A stretch of 58,758 bases of DNA, the filler included, from Thelocarpon superellum (lineage: Eukaryota): assembly GCA_026025795.1 (NCBI GenBank). It is 3 parts of 3 records of this genome, joined end to end, with 100 filler letters (N's around TTAATTAATTAA, not from the genome) between each part and the next. Parts side by side here need not be neighbours in the genome. Positions count along the whole stretch, not along the records: positions 19,838 to 39,268 come from JAPEUG010000344.1; positions 39,369 to 58,758 come from JAPEUG010000345.1; 1 more part is not named here. The stretch is one strand, 5' to 3'. Positions 36,601 through 48,731 of the stretch are shown here, piece after piece (positions within the stretch are counted from its first letter, which is position 1; each line of letters starts with the position of its first letter). The notes below the pieces were generated by a model. The model was given only the letters and a program-made list of their open reading frames with translations, did no database searches and had not been told where the DNA came from. Both the position numbers and the translations under genes were made by a program.

Positions 36601-37331
36601 CAGCCGCGACCACTAAGTACCGTTTCCCCATCCACCTTCCCCCTCTCTACACACAACTGACCGACAGACTCGAAATCCCGACCATCCTTTTCCATGGACA
36701 CGAGCTTCAGCTCGCCACGACGACAACACCTGCATCAAGTAGCGCACAATGCCCTCAACGAGCAGGACGTAGCAATCTCGTCGCGGTGGCAGCACTTCAA
36801 GCAACCCCTCCCCTTGATGCTGCAAACCTTTCAAGGCCTCACGGAGAAGAACGAAGACTTTTGGTTCCGGGCCTGTCCGTACTTTGAGCGCTTCGAGTAC
36901 ATCGCCGGCACGACGCTGTACAACCGCGGCGACCAGCCTAACGGCTTCTATCTCCTCGAACAGGGCATCTTGCGCGCCGACTACGACCTGCCGCAGGGGA
37001 AGTACTACGAGAGCATCGTCGCGGGCACGACCTGCGGCGAACTGCCCTTTTTCTCCGAGACGAGCCGCACGGCGACGGTGGCGACGGAACGAGACTGCGT
37101 CGCCTGGCTGCTGGACCATGAACACTGGGAAGAGCTCCGGACCAGGGAAGCCGACGTCGCGCAGGAACTCCTTCGCATCTCTCTCAAACTCACCAGCGAA
37201 CGTATGGCTGCCATCACCTCGTAAGTTTCTTTCCCCGCTTCGCTCGAAGCAACCTCGGGGCGGAGCCAACAAAACAAAGAAAGAACGTATGAACTGAAAG
37301 AGATAGATACGTCCTTACCACCGCCGGATAG
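33622..37331 (+). CDS. SulP/SLC26-family transporter with STAS and cyclic-nucleotide-binding-like domains (Vsb1/YGR125w-like); multi-exon
   Basis: [113 protein letters not shown], c[33 protein letters not shown] introns start near 33863, 34632, 34834, 35428, 35674, 35964, 36617 and 37221. Start codon position less certain. Confidence 0.9.
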
Positions 37332-37629
37332 TCTTCTTCTTGTCCCCTTTTATTTCCTCGCTCCGCTCGAAGCACCTCGGGGCATGATATGAATAAGGGA
37401 GATTGATGGTGACTGAGCGTTACTGATCAACAATGGATGGATAGACGGGAGAGATGTGAGGTTCAGATTGACATGGATCCGAGTTATGATACAGAGAAAG
37501 GACGACGGATGTACGATGGATTTTCAGCACACAGGGTATGGACAGGTGAGGATCGAGAATGTACAGAAGAACCAACGATCAGGTACGGAAAGAGATGTAG
37601 AGAGGGAGGGGAGGGGAAGAAGGGGAGAG

Positions 37630-39268
37630 TCAAAGCCTCCCCACCAACCCATCCACCACAGCCCTCAACTCCCGCTCCACATCAACGCATGGAGCGGTGT
37701 AAGAGAGGGCACGGCATTGCACCTCGACCTGCCTCCCGCCCGAACTGACCCAACTGCGCCCGAGGATGACGACGACGGGGATACCGATTAGGTCTGCGTC
37801 TTTGAGCTTCCAGATCAGACTGCGGCCTGGTCTGTCGTCTATTATTGTTGTTGTTGTTGTTGTCGCAGGGAGATCGGGTTCTGTTTCTCTCTCGATCGGG
37901 TTCTGAGCTGGTTTGTCAGCTGCCGTGGTTGCTGAGCGCGCCGTCGTGCTGGTGGTAGTAATGGTGGTGGAAGAGGGCGAGGGAGAATAGATGATATCAT
38001 AGATGGCTTCGGGCGAGTAAGCCATCCCGCCCTCTGCCACTTCTTCGTCGTCATCCGTCTTCGTGGTGGGGGAAGCCAGGACAATCACCACCTCCCAAGG
38101 AGCCATGACACGCGGCCAATTCAACCCCTTTGAATCCCGCGTCACTTCCGCAATCGCTCCTATCATCCTCGAAATACCGATGCCGTGACATCCCATCTGC
38201 AGCGGTGTGGTATGCTGCGTTGCTTGTGGTGCCGAGGTGCCTGTGGTGCGAGCAGAGGTGATGTTGGGCGCGGTGGGTGTGGTGGGTCCAGTCACGTCAG
38301 CGCTTGGAGTCATAGGAAGAGGCGACGCAACCGATGCGTCGAACACCTCCGAATACCTCGTCCCAAGAAGGAAGGTATGGCCAAGTTCGATAGCTCGTTG
38401 CGCGTGTAAATGTCCCGAGGTGCAGCGAGGACACCGGTTGTTTCCCGGCCCGATCTTGAGCAGGTTGAGCGCCGTGGTCGTTGTTGGGTTAGCCCGGACG
38501 GTCATCACGCGTGGTGCTTGTGAGGCGGCCTGAGCAACACTGTAGTCGGAGGTGATGAGAGGGCCAGGCCCGTTGTAAGTCAGTGGGATGCGGCAGTCGT
38601 AGATCTTCATAATCTCTCCTGTCCGCCCTCCCCGGCGACACCCCTCTTCCCACGCCTTGATAGGATCCTCCAGACTGGCATCTAAGGAGGGAATGACTCG
38701 TCGGACGGCGTGGATGTTGATTCCGCTCTTCCCAGGCCCCATGGTGGGATAGAAGGCTTGCACTAGTATCGATCGATCTGCCGTCGTGCCGGTCCAGACA
38801 CCCACGTCCCCACTGAACCAGTCCTCGTCCACGCTGCTCTCCGCCAACTCTTCGTTCGCCACGTACTCGCACGCGTCGCAGCTGATGACGCAATCTTCGC
38901 CCATGGAGGTTGGGACATGGTATTCATGGCTCACACTGCCTCCCATGTTGCCCGAGTCGGCCTCTGCCACTAGATACGGAATCTTGAGCTCGTCGAAGAA
39001 GGCAAGATATGCTTGCCGCACTTCCTTGTAGGTGCTCAGTGCGTCCTCCACGCTGTGGTCGAAGGTGTAAAGGTCCTTCATCAGGAACTCCCGTGTCCGG
39101 AGCAAACCGTGTCGCGGCCGGGCTTCGTCACGGTACTTTCGAGCTGATCGAGATTAGATATGCCCTCAATCGGCGGCACACGCACTCACTTATCTGGTAT
39201 AGCTTGAGAGGAAGCTCCTTGTAGGATTGACAGATCCCCGCTACCAATGACGTGATCTCCTCTTCGTG
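37630..39268 (-). CDS. Prolyl-tRNA synthetase, bacterial/mitochondrial type (Aim10-like); 5'-partial, truncated by the spacer
   Basis: HEEEIT, YKELPLKLYQI(intron)RKYRDEARPRHGLLRTREFLMKDLYTFD, ADSGNMGGSVSHEYH, IELGHTFLLGTRYS, MGCHGIGISRMIGAIA, WPRVMAPW, IDDR..KLKDADLIGIP. Confidence 0.93.
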
Positions 39269-39368
39269 NNNNNNNNNNNNNNNNNNNNNNNNNNNNNNNN
39301 NNNNNNNNNNNNTTAATTAATTAANNNNNNNNNNNNNNNNNNNNNNNNNNNNNNNNNNNNNNNNNNNN
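39269..39368. other. Assembly spacer: 44 N + TTAATTAATTAA + 44 N
   Basis: 12-mer at 39313-39324; same layout as the first spacer. Confidence 0.97.
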
Positions 39369-39797
39369 CAGTCTTGCCTTGGCATGGCGGGTTTGGCGAG
39401 TTTGACTTTGGAGCATGACAGGGCATGACATCATTCCGTGTTGTGACGCGGCCTTTAGGTTGGCAGCCGGGCTTGGTCCGGCTAGGGACTACGGTGCGGT
39501 TGGCTTCTGCCAAGATCTCGGTTCTACGGTAACGTTATTAAGTCGTACCGCTCCGGAACACCGATCGACGCGAGTAGCCGTGCTAAAGCTCGACCTGTAG
39601 GAATCAGAGCTGAATTGCTAATCTACACGTAGTCTGGGATAGTAATAGGAGTGGGCACGTGACCAGATCACGTGCCCGCTCTTACAGACCTATGTTACTC
39701 GTAGGCGACTGCTCACCTCGCTTCGCCAGTACATGTTCCAGCTCGATGCGGGTGTTGATAGTCGTCGGGATGAGGTAAGTCTCGGTCTCTTCCCTAT

Positions 39798-42700
39798 CTA
39801 CTTACTTGTCCGTCTCTCGGCAGCACTGGCACGAAGATGTCGGCCAATCTCGGGGTCCAACTCGAGCTCATTCGCCCGACGCAATCGCCGTCTCCGATTC
39901 CCAAATAAACAACGCCACAGGTCATCCTTCTGGACCATCTCTCCTCCACCAGGAGTCTTCATAAGCAGACGTGCCAGCGGGGCTTCTTGCAGCGTGAGCG
40001 AGTTGGCGGCGTCGATTCGTCGCTCCATCGCGTCAACGTTTGGCTCCTTTGGCCCCCGTGGCTCCCCTCCCATATGTGCCAGTCGCCGCGAGACGGAGAT
40101 TTCGTAGATGGACTCTTCCACCGTGTCCGTCACCAGGTACATCCATACGGTCGTAGGGCGATGCTGCCCGATGCGATGCACCCGTGCAATCGCCTGTAGC
40201 TCCAGCGCCGTGTTGATGAGCGGTTCGCAGAGGAAGACGTGCGTCGCGTTCACCAGATTGAGGCCCGATGCGTGAGCTCGGGCGTGGAGTAGGAAGCACT
40301 CCACCTGACTGGGTTAGCCACCAACCCCTCTCTCCTCATCCCAATGCACCCCATCCGACTCACCGACGGGTCGCTCTTGAACTTATCAATGCCTCCCTTC
40401 CGGTCGATCGCCGTGAAGCCAATCTTGGAGTGGGAGAATGCACGGGCCAACACATCGAGGAAGTCCCGATATTGAGAAAAGACAATCGACTTGGCCCCGG
40501 CGTCATTCTCTCGGATCCACAAAAGATGCCGCGTGACTAAGGACGTCATCAGCATTAGATCACATCTGGCGTCCGCAAGCTTACGAGTGTCAATCTTCGT
40601 GCCAAAAGATCCGTCGAGGTCGATATTCTTGATCTGGGTCAGGGTCGAGTGGCCGATACCCGAGTAGATGGATGGCGCCACTGAGGCCGCATCTTGCTCC
40701 ACCCGGCCGGATTCGACATCCTCCTGTATCAGTAATTCCTGCGGTTTGTACGTGATCTGATGGAAATCGGTCGACTTGAGATGTTTCTTGCAGATGGGAC
40801 AGCTGCGGTGCTCGCTCCACCATAGTCGCATGCACTCCTTGCAGTATTGGTGTCCACACACCGTCAGCGCCCCAATCTCAAAGCTTTGCTGGCAGATGAC
40901 GCAGATCCGCGGCTCCTGTCGGTCCGTCGTCTCGGAGCGAAGGTGGATGAGGTAGCGCCGCTTGGCCTTGGACGAGGAGACCTTGGCCTCCATCTTGGCC
41001 TCATTGGTCCGCATCCGCTCGAGCACCACCTCGTCGGGCTCGCCGCTCTGGTTCTGATAGGGCTCCACCGTGTCAGAGACTTGTTGCAGTTGCTTGTAAT
41101 ACTCCAAACGTGCGTTGGAAGTGCCCCGGAAGAAGTCCATCTCACGCTCCAAGTCGGCCATGGCTTTGCTCTGCTCGGACGAGACCCGCTGCACGCGGCG
41201 CAGCTCCACCTCCACCAGCTGTAGCTCCAGGCCCGCACGTGCATCCCCAGACTCGGCCGGTCCGGAGAGTGCCGTTGCCAGCCCTCGCAGTTCTGTGACG
41301 ATGGCCCGGATCGATCCAAGTTCGTTGGGTGGCTTGACCTGCGAACGAAGCTCCAGCAGCTCCTTCATCAGCTCCGGCGCGTGGCCTTCGCCGCGATTGG
41401 CCTTTCCCTTGGCGCGCATGACCTCCTCGGCGATAAGGCGATTTGTCTGGCCTGTGAGCGCATCATGTCGATCGGCCACCACGGCGTTCAGCGCTTCCAT
41501 GTACACGTACACTATGGGCGTCAGCAGCGTTCGGAATCGATGCCGTGCAACACTCACCTTCGTCCTGCTGTTTAGTTGAGATGTCGTATTCATCCCCTTG
41601 CAGCTCGGCATCCTCCTCCTTGTCGACCAGCGGTCGCACCAAGAGCTGAACCACCTTCTCACGCCACTCGTCTAACAGGTTGGCCTGGTCGTTGAGCGCC
41701 GCCCCCACCAATTGCAGCTTCTCCGCGAGCGTCCGGCTCTCGATGCCAGCCAATTGGCTCGACGGGACAACCTCAGGGAGGATGACGAACGATTGCGTCG
41801 CTGCTCTGCGGCCAAGCTTCTTCATCAGCTTTCCCGCTTTGCCGGCCACCTCCGACAGCATCTCCGCCCGGATCACCCGCGCTCTTTCATAATATGCCAC
41901 CTCGGCGGCCTCACGATCGCGAAACTCATCGCTCTCTGGTTTGGTCCATTCTTCGTTGGATTTGATCTGGAAGTTGGCGTTGCCGACGAAGAACAGGCAG
42001 ACGTGGTAAACCTCGAGGGCACTGCGGAGTCGCAGTCGCAGGGCCCCTAGACGGGTATCACCGTCCCCACGACGGTCTTCTTCGGTCCCGCTGTCGGATT
42101 CCTCGGTTTCACTGTTGCCCGCTGCGGCCATCGGCTTGCCCGGAAGTGTGCCTGCCTTTGCCACTTCCTCCTGGAGTTGGGTCCGGCATTCCTGCACGAT
42201 TCCTTCCGACTCACGCAGCGCCTCCAGCCAGAGTGCCAAGGCCTCGTGCGTTCGTCCTGCGTCCTCGAGGATCTGCCCGCGTCGTAGTTTGGATTGGAGG
42301 TAGCTTCTTTCCTCCGTCCGTGTCAGAGATTCGGTCTGATTGATCATGACCTCAAGCACCTCGGCCACGGTCCGCAGCGGGCCGTCCTTGTGCCCGAGCG
42401 CCCGGCGATTCTGCCCGCCCACCTCCGGATGTAGACAGGTCTGACGGAGCCGGGTCAGCCACCGGCGCATCTTCTCGATGGTTCCGGGCTCGTCGGGATT
42501 CCAGTTGTCGTGGAGGGGCGCGCCCTCGAGATCCAGACCGCAGTCATCGCACATCTGCTGGAAGATATGGGCATAGTGCTGCTCTTCCACCGGCGTAAAG
42601 GGCACGGTGATGACGACGCGCTTTTGTGGAGGCAGTTGGAGCTCGTCCCGCAGCTGCTCCTTGGTGTGGCGGAGGGCGATCTGCCCGAAGATGTCCTGCA

Positions 42701-44457
42701 GCGTCGGTCGATCGAAGGTGACCAGCTTCTCCCATACGCGGGCCGAGTGGCAGTAGGGCTCGTAGTGGAGAAAGATGAGGAGGCCAAATAAATCCTTGAC
42801 GTCTTTCCGCACCGGTGTCCCGCTGACCGCCCATGCGTTGCACCGAGGGATGGAGCGGGCTACGATGGCCGCGTTGCTGACCCCGCTCTCCACCATCTGC
42901 GCTTCGTCCAGACACACCCGCCACCACTCGATCTGGACCAAAGGGCTGCGGCGCGGTAGGTACTTCTTGCGATGGCGTAGATCGCGTTCTTTCGTCGGGC
43001 CAGCGTAGTGTACCTCGCTTGCCAGGACATTGTACGTCGTCAGCACGACATCCTGGCCGGCAAGCATCTCCACCAGCTCCTCGTCCCCCAGCTTGCCCAG
43101 GCCGGTCTTTAAGCCCTCGTAGTGAAGGACGTTGAGCGATGGCGCATGCGTGTGGAGCTCCGTCTTCCACTGCTCCAAGATCGACGACGGCGTGATGATC
43201 AACGTGGCGTTCGAGGGCCGACCTGATGTTGTGATGTTCCGAACACTGGACTCTCGCCGGTGTAGGCACAGAAGCGCAATCATCTCCACCGTCTTTCCCA
43301 GGCCCATTTCCTCGGCCAGGATGCCCCCCCTTCGACCGCTGTTGTGGGCTTGAAAGCCTTCGAGCGAGGGGGCGACAATAGAGAAGAGATTACTGATGAA
43401 GCATGACTGGCCCTGTACCTGCACGGGACGGAAGGACGGTGGCGGCCCTTGATGGGCGGGTGCGTCAAACTGTACCAACACCCCCGCGGCGTCGAGATCG
43501 ACGCCTTCGCGACGCAACAGCCATCGGACCGCGCGACGTTGGAAGGGGTATAGTTGACACTCCAGGCGTTCACTCTGAACGGCCGAGGGAATTGCTTGGT
43601 CTTTGGCTGGGACAAACACGCTGCTATAGAAGTCCTGCGGCGACCATGGCGCCTGCAAGTCGACATCCGGGGGTGGAAAGGCGCGATCGAAAGCGGTGCT
43701 CAGGATGCTTCCCACCTCCACCTCTTGATCCGCATATGACCGCATGGCTCGCCACTCTATGGTCAGCCGTAGCCGATAGCAGCCCTGCCTCTTGTCTCGT
43801 GGGCCGGCCAGCGCGAACGCTGCTCGAGCGATGCCGGACGCCGCGCCGGACGTACCGCGACGGTTCGATAGATTGATGAGGCTGGTGGCCCATCGAAGAT
43901 CGTCGAGCATCAAGTTGGGTTGCGGAAAGGTGCGGATGGGAGCAGTCGTGTCCACGAGACTTTGGCCATCCATGTTCAACAGGGCAAAACGAGTCAGCGA
44001 GGATGGTCGTGAGGTAACGGAGGCCTTCATCTGGACAGGCCGATCTTGATTCTCCTCCCAGAATGAGTCATGTCGCAGGTGCTCCAGGTTCGTAGCATGA
44101 TCGGCGAAGGTCTGCTTCATGAGCGCGCGGTCCCGCTCCATCAGGCTCAGATTCCACTCACCAAGATCACATCGCGTCGGGCGACGGCGATGTGTTTGTT
44201 CTCATCCTCGTGCTCATTCGGTTTATCATGACCGTTTGTCTCGACCGGCGGCGCAGGGGACGAGTGCCGAGGACGTTTGCGGGGCCGTTCCCCGTTTGCC
44301 TCCGTCTCGCCATCGTGGACCTCCCGCCCCGCCATGAACTCTAACAGGGCGACTGGCGTTGAGCCTGTTGCAGTCAGATGCCATCGATACTGAAAGTCAA
44401 GAGCCAAGAGGCGTCACCTTCGAGCCGTGCCACGACCCAGGACGACGATGGGGTCAT
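39798..44457 (-). CDS. IRC20: SNF2-family ATP-dependent helicase with RING finger (Irc20/SHPRH-like E3 ubiquitin ligase); multi-exon
   Basis: LYPFQRRAVRWLL, Walker A GGILAEEMGLGKT, WWRVCLDEAQMVES, WAVSGTP, RLRQTCLHP, RING CVICQ..CGHQYCKEC..CPIC, GSFGTKID, KSIVFSQY, SGLNLVNATHVFLCEP..ELQAIARVHRIGQ. Probable first exon 44457-44418; an alternative start at 44335 is possible. Confidence 0.92.
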
Positions 44458-44942
44458 CTTGTCCGAGAGGATGTTTGGTCGTTCATCATGCTCGCCCTTG
44501 GTGCGGTCTGCGACCTCTAAATGACGGGCCATACGCCTATGGGTCGAGTGACGGCGCCCCATCAAACTCGCCAGCTACTGGTGTCGCCAGTCAATCGTGG
44601 GCTACACAATAAGTCCAGCTTCGCATTGACCCAAAACTGATGGCTTGGCTTCTTGTAAGAATGGGACCGTCCCATCTCGTTGGCTTTGGTGCAAATTTAG
44701 GCAGCCGGGTGTTTTGCAACAAGTGACTTGAGCGAACGACCGTCCTCCATCTACGACGTGACTTCATAGCTATAATCAACCGATGATTCATCCTCTACGA
44801 GCTAGTGCAATTGCGATGAAACTCGGCCTGCTATCCGCATGGTGGGGCAAGCGTAGTCTATGGCACTAGTCAAGCGGCCGCTGTCCGCCATCCGCCTGTC
44901 AAATGGTTGAACAACAATGTTCCTTCCTTCGAAATACTTTAC

Positions 44943-45520
44943 TCAATATATCTGAACCATTTTACCACTGGGCTGTGAGCTAGCAGGTATTTGTTCCTCG
45001 TGCCCCATACTATCATGGGTGGTCCTGGAGTCGCATTCCACGAAGTCAGTTTGACGGCAACATCCCAGGACTACAGGTTTACAGTACTCGTTGTAGGCCT
45101 CGATACTCCATAGCGAGAACCAAGTGCCTCCCCAGCCCTGGTTCCACGCCGTCAGGTGTATGCTGCATCTCGCTGGTAGGTGAGAGCCAGTTGCAGAGCA
45201 TGCCAGCCGAAAGAACAGCCGAGCGCAGTTAAGGGTGAGGCGTCTGTGGCGGCTAGAGTAGTATGACCATCGCAGAGACTCATGTTTGATGGCATTGATG
45301 ACGTTGGAGAACACGCGAAGCGTCAGCATCTTTCTAGACCGTGACCGGCGCCGAACCCTGCGTCGGACAGGGCGATATTGGGATTACATCGGTGGGAGCT
45401 CAGACCCAAGTCCCAGACAAAGTTGAGGGTTGTTGAGTTTGTGCTAGCTTTGTTGGACGGAGGAAACAATCTTGGCATCGTAGGGAGTGACAACGGCAAT
45501 AGGGCAATCATGCCTGGCAT
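44943..45520 (-). pseudogene. Possible degraded gene: two overlapping short ORFs in different frames
   Basis: ORF 45538-45323 (hydrophobic MIALLPLSLP, NST sequon) overlaps ORF 45329-44943 (..WNQGWGGTWFSLWSIEAYNEYCKPVVLGCC) by 7 nt. Composition only; no homology shown. Confidence 0.25.
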
Positions 45521-46789
45521 TGTTATCGATGCCGCCACCTTGTCGAGCCACTAGCGTGGCGGCTCTTGGCACCGTAAGAGAGCCACAGCACCTGCCATCA
45601 GGGGAACCTGGGCCAATGACTACTAATTCAGCTGGTATTTGGCAGATAAGAGCTGCCCCTCCTACCTCAGCTCATCCTCCGCTTCACGATAGGATTCAAC
45701 ATCTGGTTAGATTTGGTGTAGACGCTTGGGAACGGGTGAGATCATGACACGTGCGAGCGAGCGGTAGGCGGTGTAGGCTACCTCCGCCACAGCCGAATCA
45801 CGATCAAGGGAGCGCGCGACGAGTCGACCTAGACACCCTGCACAACCGGCCCCCCCCACGATATGTCTAGAGCCGAGGTGGCAACAGGCGACAAGGACGC
45901 AGATTCAGGAACGAGCGCCACCCCACCACCAGACACCGCATGACAGGCACAAGGGTGTAGTCCATGATGCCTTCGAAAATGGCTCTCGAAACGCACGCAC
46001 CTACCTACCTGGGCCAATCCACTATCTGATTGCTGCTGCAGAGCGCCATGGTAAACACTAGGTTGGACGTCACGCCTACCCCACGAGCGTGGATAAATCG
46101 GTACCCCAATAGATCGACCTGGGTCTGCCTACCAACTAAATCTACTCCATCGTTGGCCAAGGCCTTCCTAGTAATCACTGTACTGATCAGTGGCCTGGGT
46201 CAGTCTCACCTGGGCGGTATAAACAAGTGGTGGGGTACCGGTGCTCCAGGGGAGAGGAGGATGAATAGAGGCGTGCATTGTTCACCCCACGAGCTGATTA
46301 CAAGGCAAGTAGCACGCATGGTACGATGCACGCACGGCATTGAAACTCTGCCACGGGCGGATTTGCGACCGTGATCGTGATTCCCATAACACGGTCACGT
46401 TAGTAGCGAAACAGTGCAGGTGGGGGGCACAGGCACAGGACATGTCGTGCTCGTGATCCGATCCTCACGCATGGCCGCATGGCACACGGCACGGGTGGAT
46501 GGACGTCTGCCTGGCCGGAGCTTCCCACGAGATGGCAGAGTGCCATGTTGATCCTAATCGTAGAGCGATGACTTACACTACCAAATGCCATGCTCCTCGC
46601 ACCTCTACTTTTCTAAGGTTTTGTTGGCGCTCCATCCTCTTGTTGCTATGCGACGTTAAAAGACTCGTTTTGCCACCGTCGTGGACTTGTATCCGACCGT
46701 CTCCCTCTGGACCTGCCAGAGACCCGGTCAGGTGTGACGGCACCAACGGTGTGTCATCGCGGGCAGTGTGGGCTGGTCGCTCACCTGCC

Positions 46790-47790
46790 ATGCGTCCGCC
46801 TCGACTCTACGAGATATGCAGTCGTTTGGCATGTCTTCGCGCTGTTCCTGCCTTGGTTCTCCTTCTGCTGTTCCTGTCTTCCTTGGCGTCCAGCTTAGTC
46901 GTTCCGGATGCGTCGACGCATCAGCTGCAACGTCGTGACCGGGTGAGTTTCGTCCCCGGTCATCCCCGTTTCGACTACATGGCTAACAGCTTCATCAACA
47001 GGTCATGTCCTGCGGCCGTCGACACTCTCCATCACCCCAATACGAAGACCTGACCGCTTTCTGCGCCCGTCTGATGGGCTACAGCTGCCCAGCTAATCCA
47101 GAAGCCCGGTCAGATAAACCCTTCCGAGACCTATCGCACGCGGCCAGTTACCTCCCACACGCGCGGTGGAAACGCATCTGTTATGCGAAGTGCTTCTGCG
47201 TCGAATCGCGCGTGCAAGAGCCAGCGACGCCAGAGCGAGAAGAACAAAGACCCGCCCGACTGACAGACTTCTGGGAGGAATCGAATACGCCGTCGGAAGG
47301 TGGAGGGACCACAGGGAATAGCGGCGAAGACGCGCAGAGCGTTTGCAAGGCCATCGAATCAGGACAGGGATACTGCGCGACACATGAGACTGGAGGCAGC
47401 GCTAGCCAAAACGACACAGCCAGCCAGGACGCCGTGGCCGCACAGGGCACATGTCCTGCGCAGGGGTGCGGTAAGAGCGCCGACTGCCCGAGCGGTTCCA
47501 CCACCGTGTTGGGCAAGCTCATGGACTGCTCTTTCTGTCTGGTGGTCGCCGTTGGGGTCGGCCAAGTTGCGCGCTGCAGCCCTCGATTATCCGCTTTTCC
47601 CAAGCGCGACCAGATCGCCCTGCAACCGTCATGCCCGTGCAACGTCTCATACGTGAGCCATGGCTGCTGCTCGGCGCCAAACGGTCTTGTATACGAAGCG
47701 CCGCATCTCAAGCTGGGAGCGCTGCGGTTGGATGGACTGGCAGACGACGGCGGGCCTCAATGGGCGCTAGTTGAGCAGCCTCCTCGTTAA
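46790..47790 (+). CDS. Secreted cysteine-rich hypothetical protein (313 aa, 18 Cys after the signal/pro region); 2 exons
   Basis: Exons 46790-46942 and 47002-47790; intron GTGAGT..GCTAAC..CAG, in phase. Hydrophobic signal AVPALVLLLLFLSSLASS, dibasic QRRDR, three Cys clusters, C-terminal CPCNVSYVSHGCC..GLVYE..KLG. Confidence 0.82.
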
Positions 47791-47846
47791 GCTTGTGCCT
47801 TGGTTTTGCATGGTCGGCGTGCTGGCGCACATTGGGTTGGAGCATC

Positions 47847-48260
47847 TCAGGCTTGCTTGTTCGACGTGCGCGACGCGGCTACTTCTCGAAGTTTGGCCTC
47901 CAGTGCGCGCCTCTCCGCTATGGTCGCGTCAGCTTGCCTTCACCATCAAGGCGGGCTCACGCACTTTCTTTTTCTCCCCGCATCTCGTCTTTCTCGAGCT
48001 TGACCCAGAGCCAGTACACAGTTTGGTAGGTGAGGATAGCACCGAGGAACACTTTGGCGATGGGCCGTCCGAAGCTTTGATAGAAGCCAATCTGCTCGGT
48101 CAGGACATAGCACACCAGATGCACGGCACAACAAGAAACATACGTGCGGCGAGACCGGCTTGGCCTGAGAAGAAGCGGCGCGAAGCGGCGAGAAAGCTGA
48201 ACGGTAGGCAACAGGCCTTGGTCTGTGGCGTAGCAACATGCGAGGGCGAAGTGAAATCAT
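47847..48260 (-). CDS. Small mitochondrial inner-membrane protein, INA17-like; 3 exons
   Basis: Arg-rich presequence MISLRPRMLLRHRPRPVAYRSAFS; exon 2 IGFYQSFGRPIAKVFLGAILTYQTVYWLWVKLEKDE (single TM); exon 3 coiled-coil ERRALEAKLREV. Introns GTATGT..CAG and GTGCGT..GCTGAC..TAG. Confidence 0.75.
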
Positions 48261-48731
48261 GACCGGAGACACGCGTGGCAAAGGCCACTTGTTCTCGATG
48301 TAAGCTTCTCTCCAGATGACTCGACTCGATGGTGGGAGAGCGCAACGTGTCTTCAGCCTTTGGTTCAAGAGGCTGAGTACCCAGGCTTGCCGTGGAGCTT
48401 AACAAGCGGATGGGTCTCGCCCCGGCAGATAAAGAACTATGTTAGCGAGGGTGACCGCGTGCGCCCGAATCGCTTTTGTGTCTACCATCTGGCTGCGACT
48501 CTCGGATACACTCGTACGATGGTTTACTTGCAATACTTGAGCCCACGTTGACCGACCGCCTTTCCACCCCAACGACCTCAAGCTCCGCACACGCTTCCCC
48601 GATATATTATTATTTACCGCACCAAAGCTCAAGCTGTGCACGACCTGCTCCGACCCTGAAGCTCCTCGCAATCCGCTTCGTACCACACATTCACAGCGTG
48701 AGGCCTCAACAGGCCAGATCTGTCCACAACC

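Noticed and set aside
37488..37498. GATACAGAGAA resembling the U6 snRNA ACAGAGA box
   Set aside because: The following GATTAGCATGG core is absent; it lies in purine-rich sequence between two convergent genes.
37841..37970. (TTG)n and Thr/Ser-rich insertions in ProRS
   Set aside because: In-frame low-complexity loop expansions; the catalytic and anticodon-binding motifs are intact.
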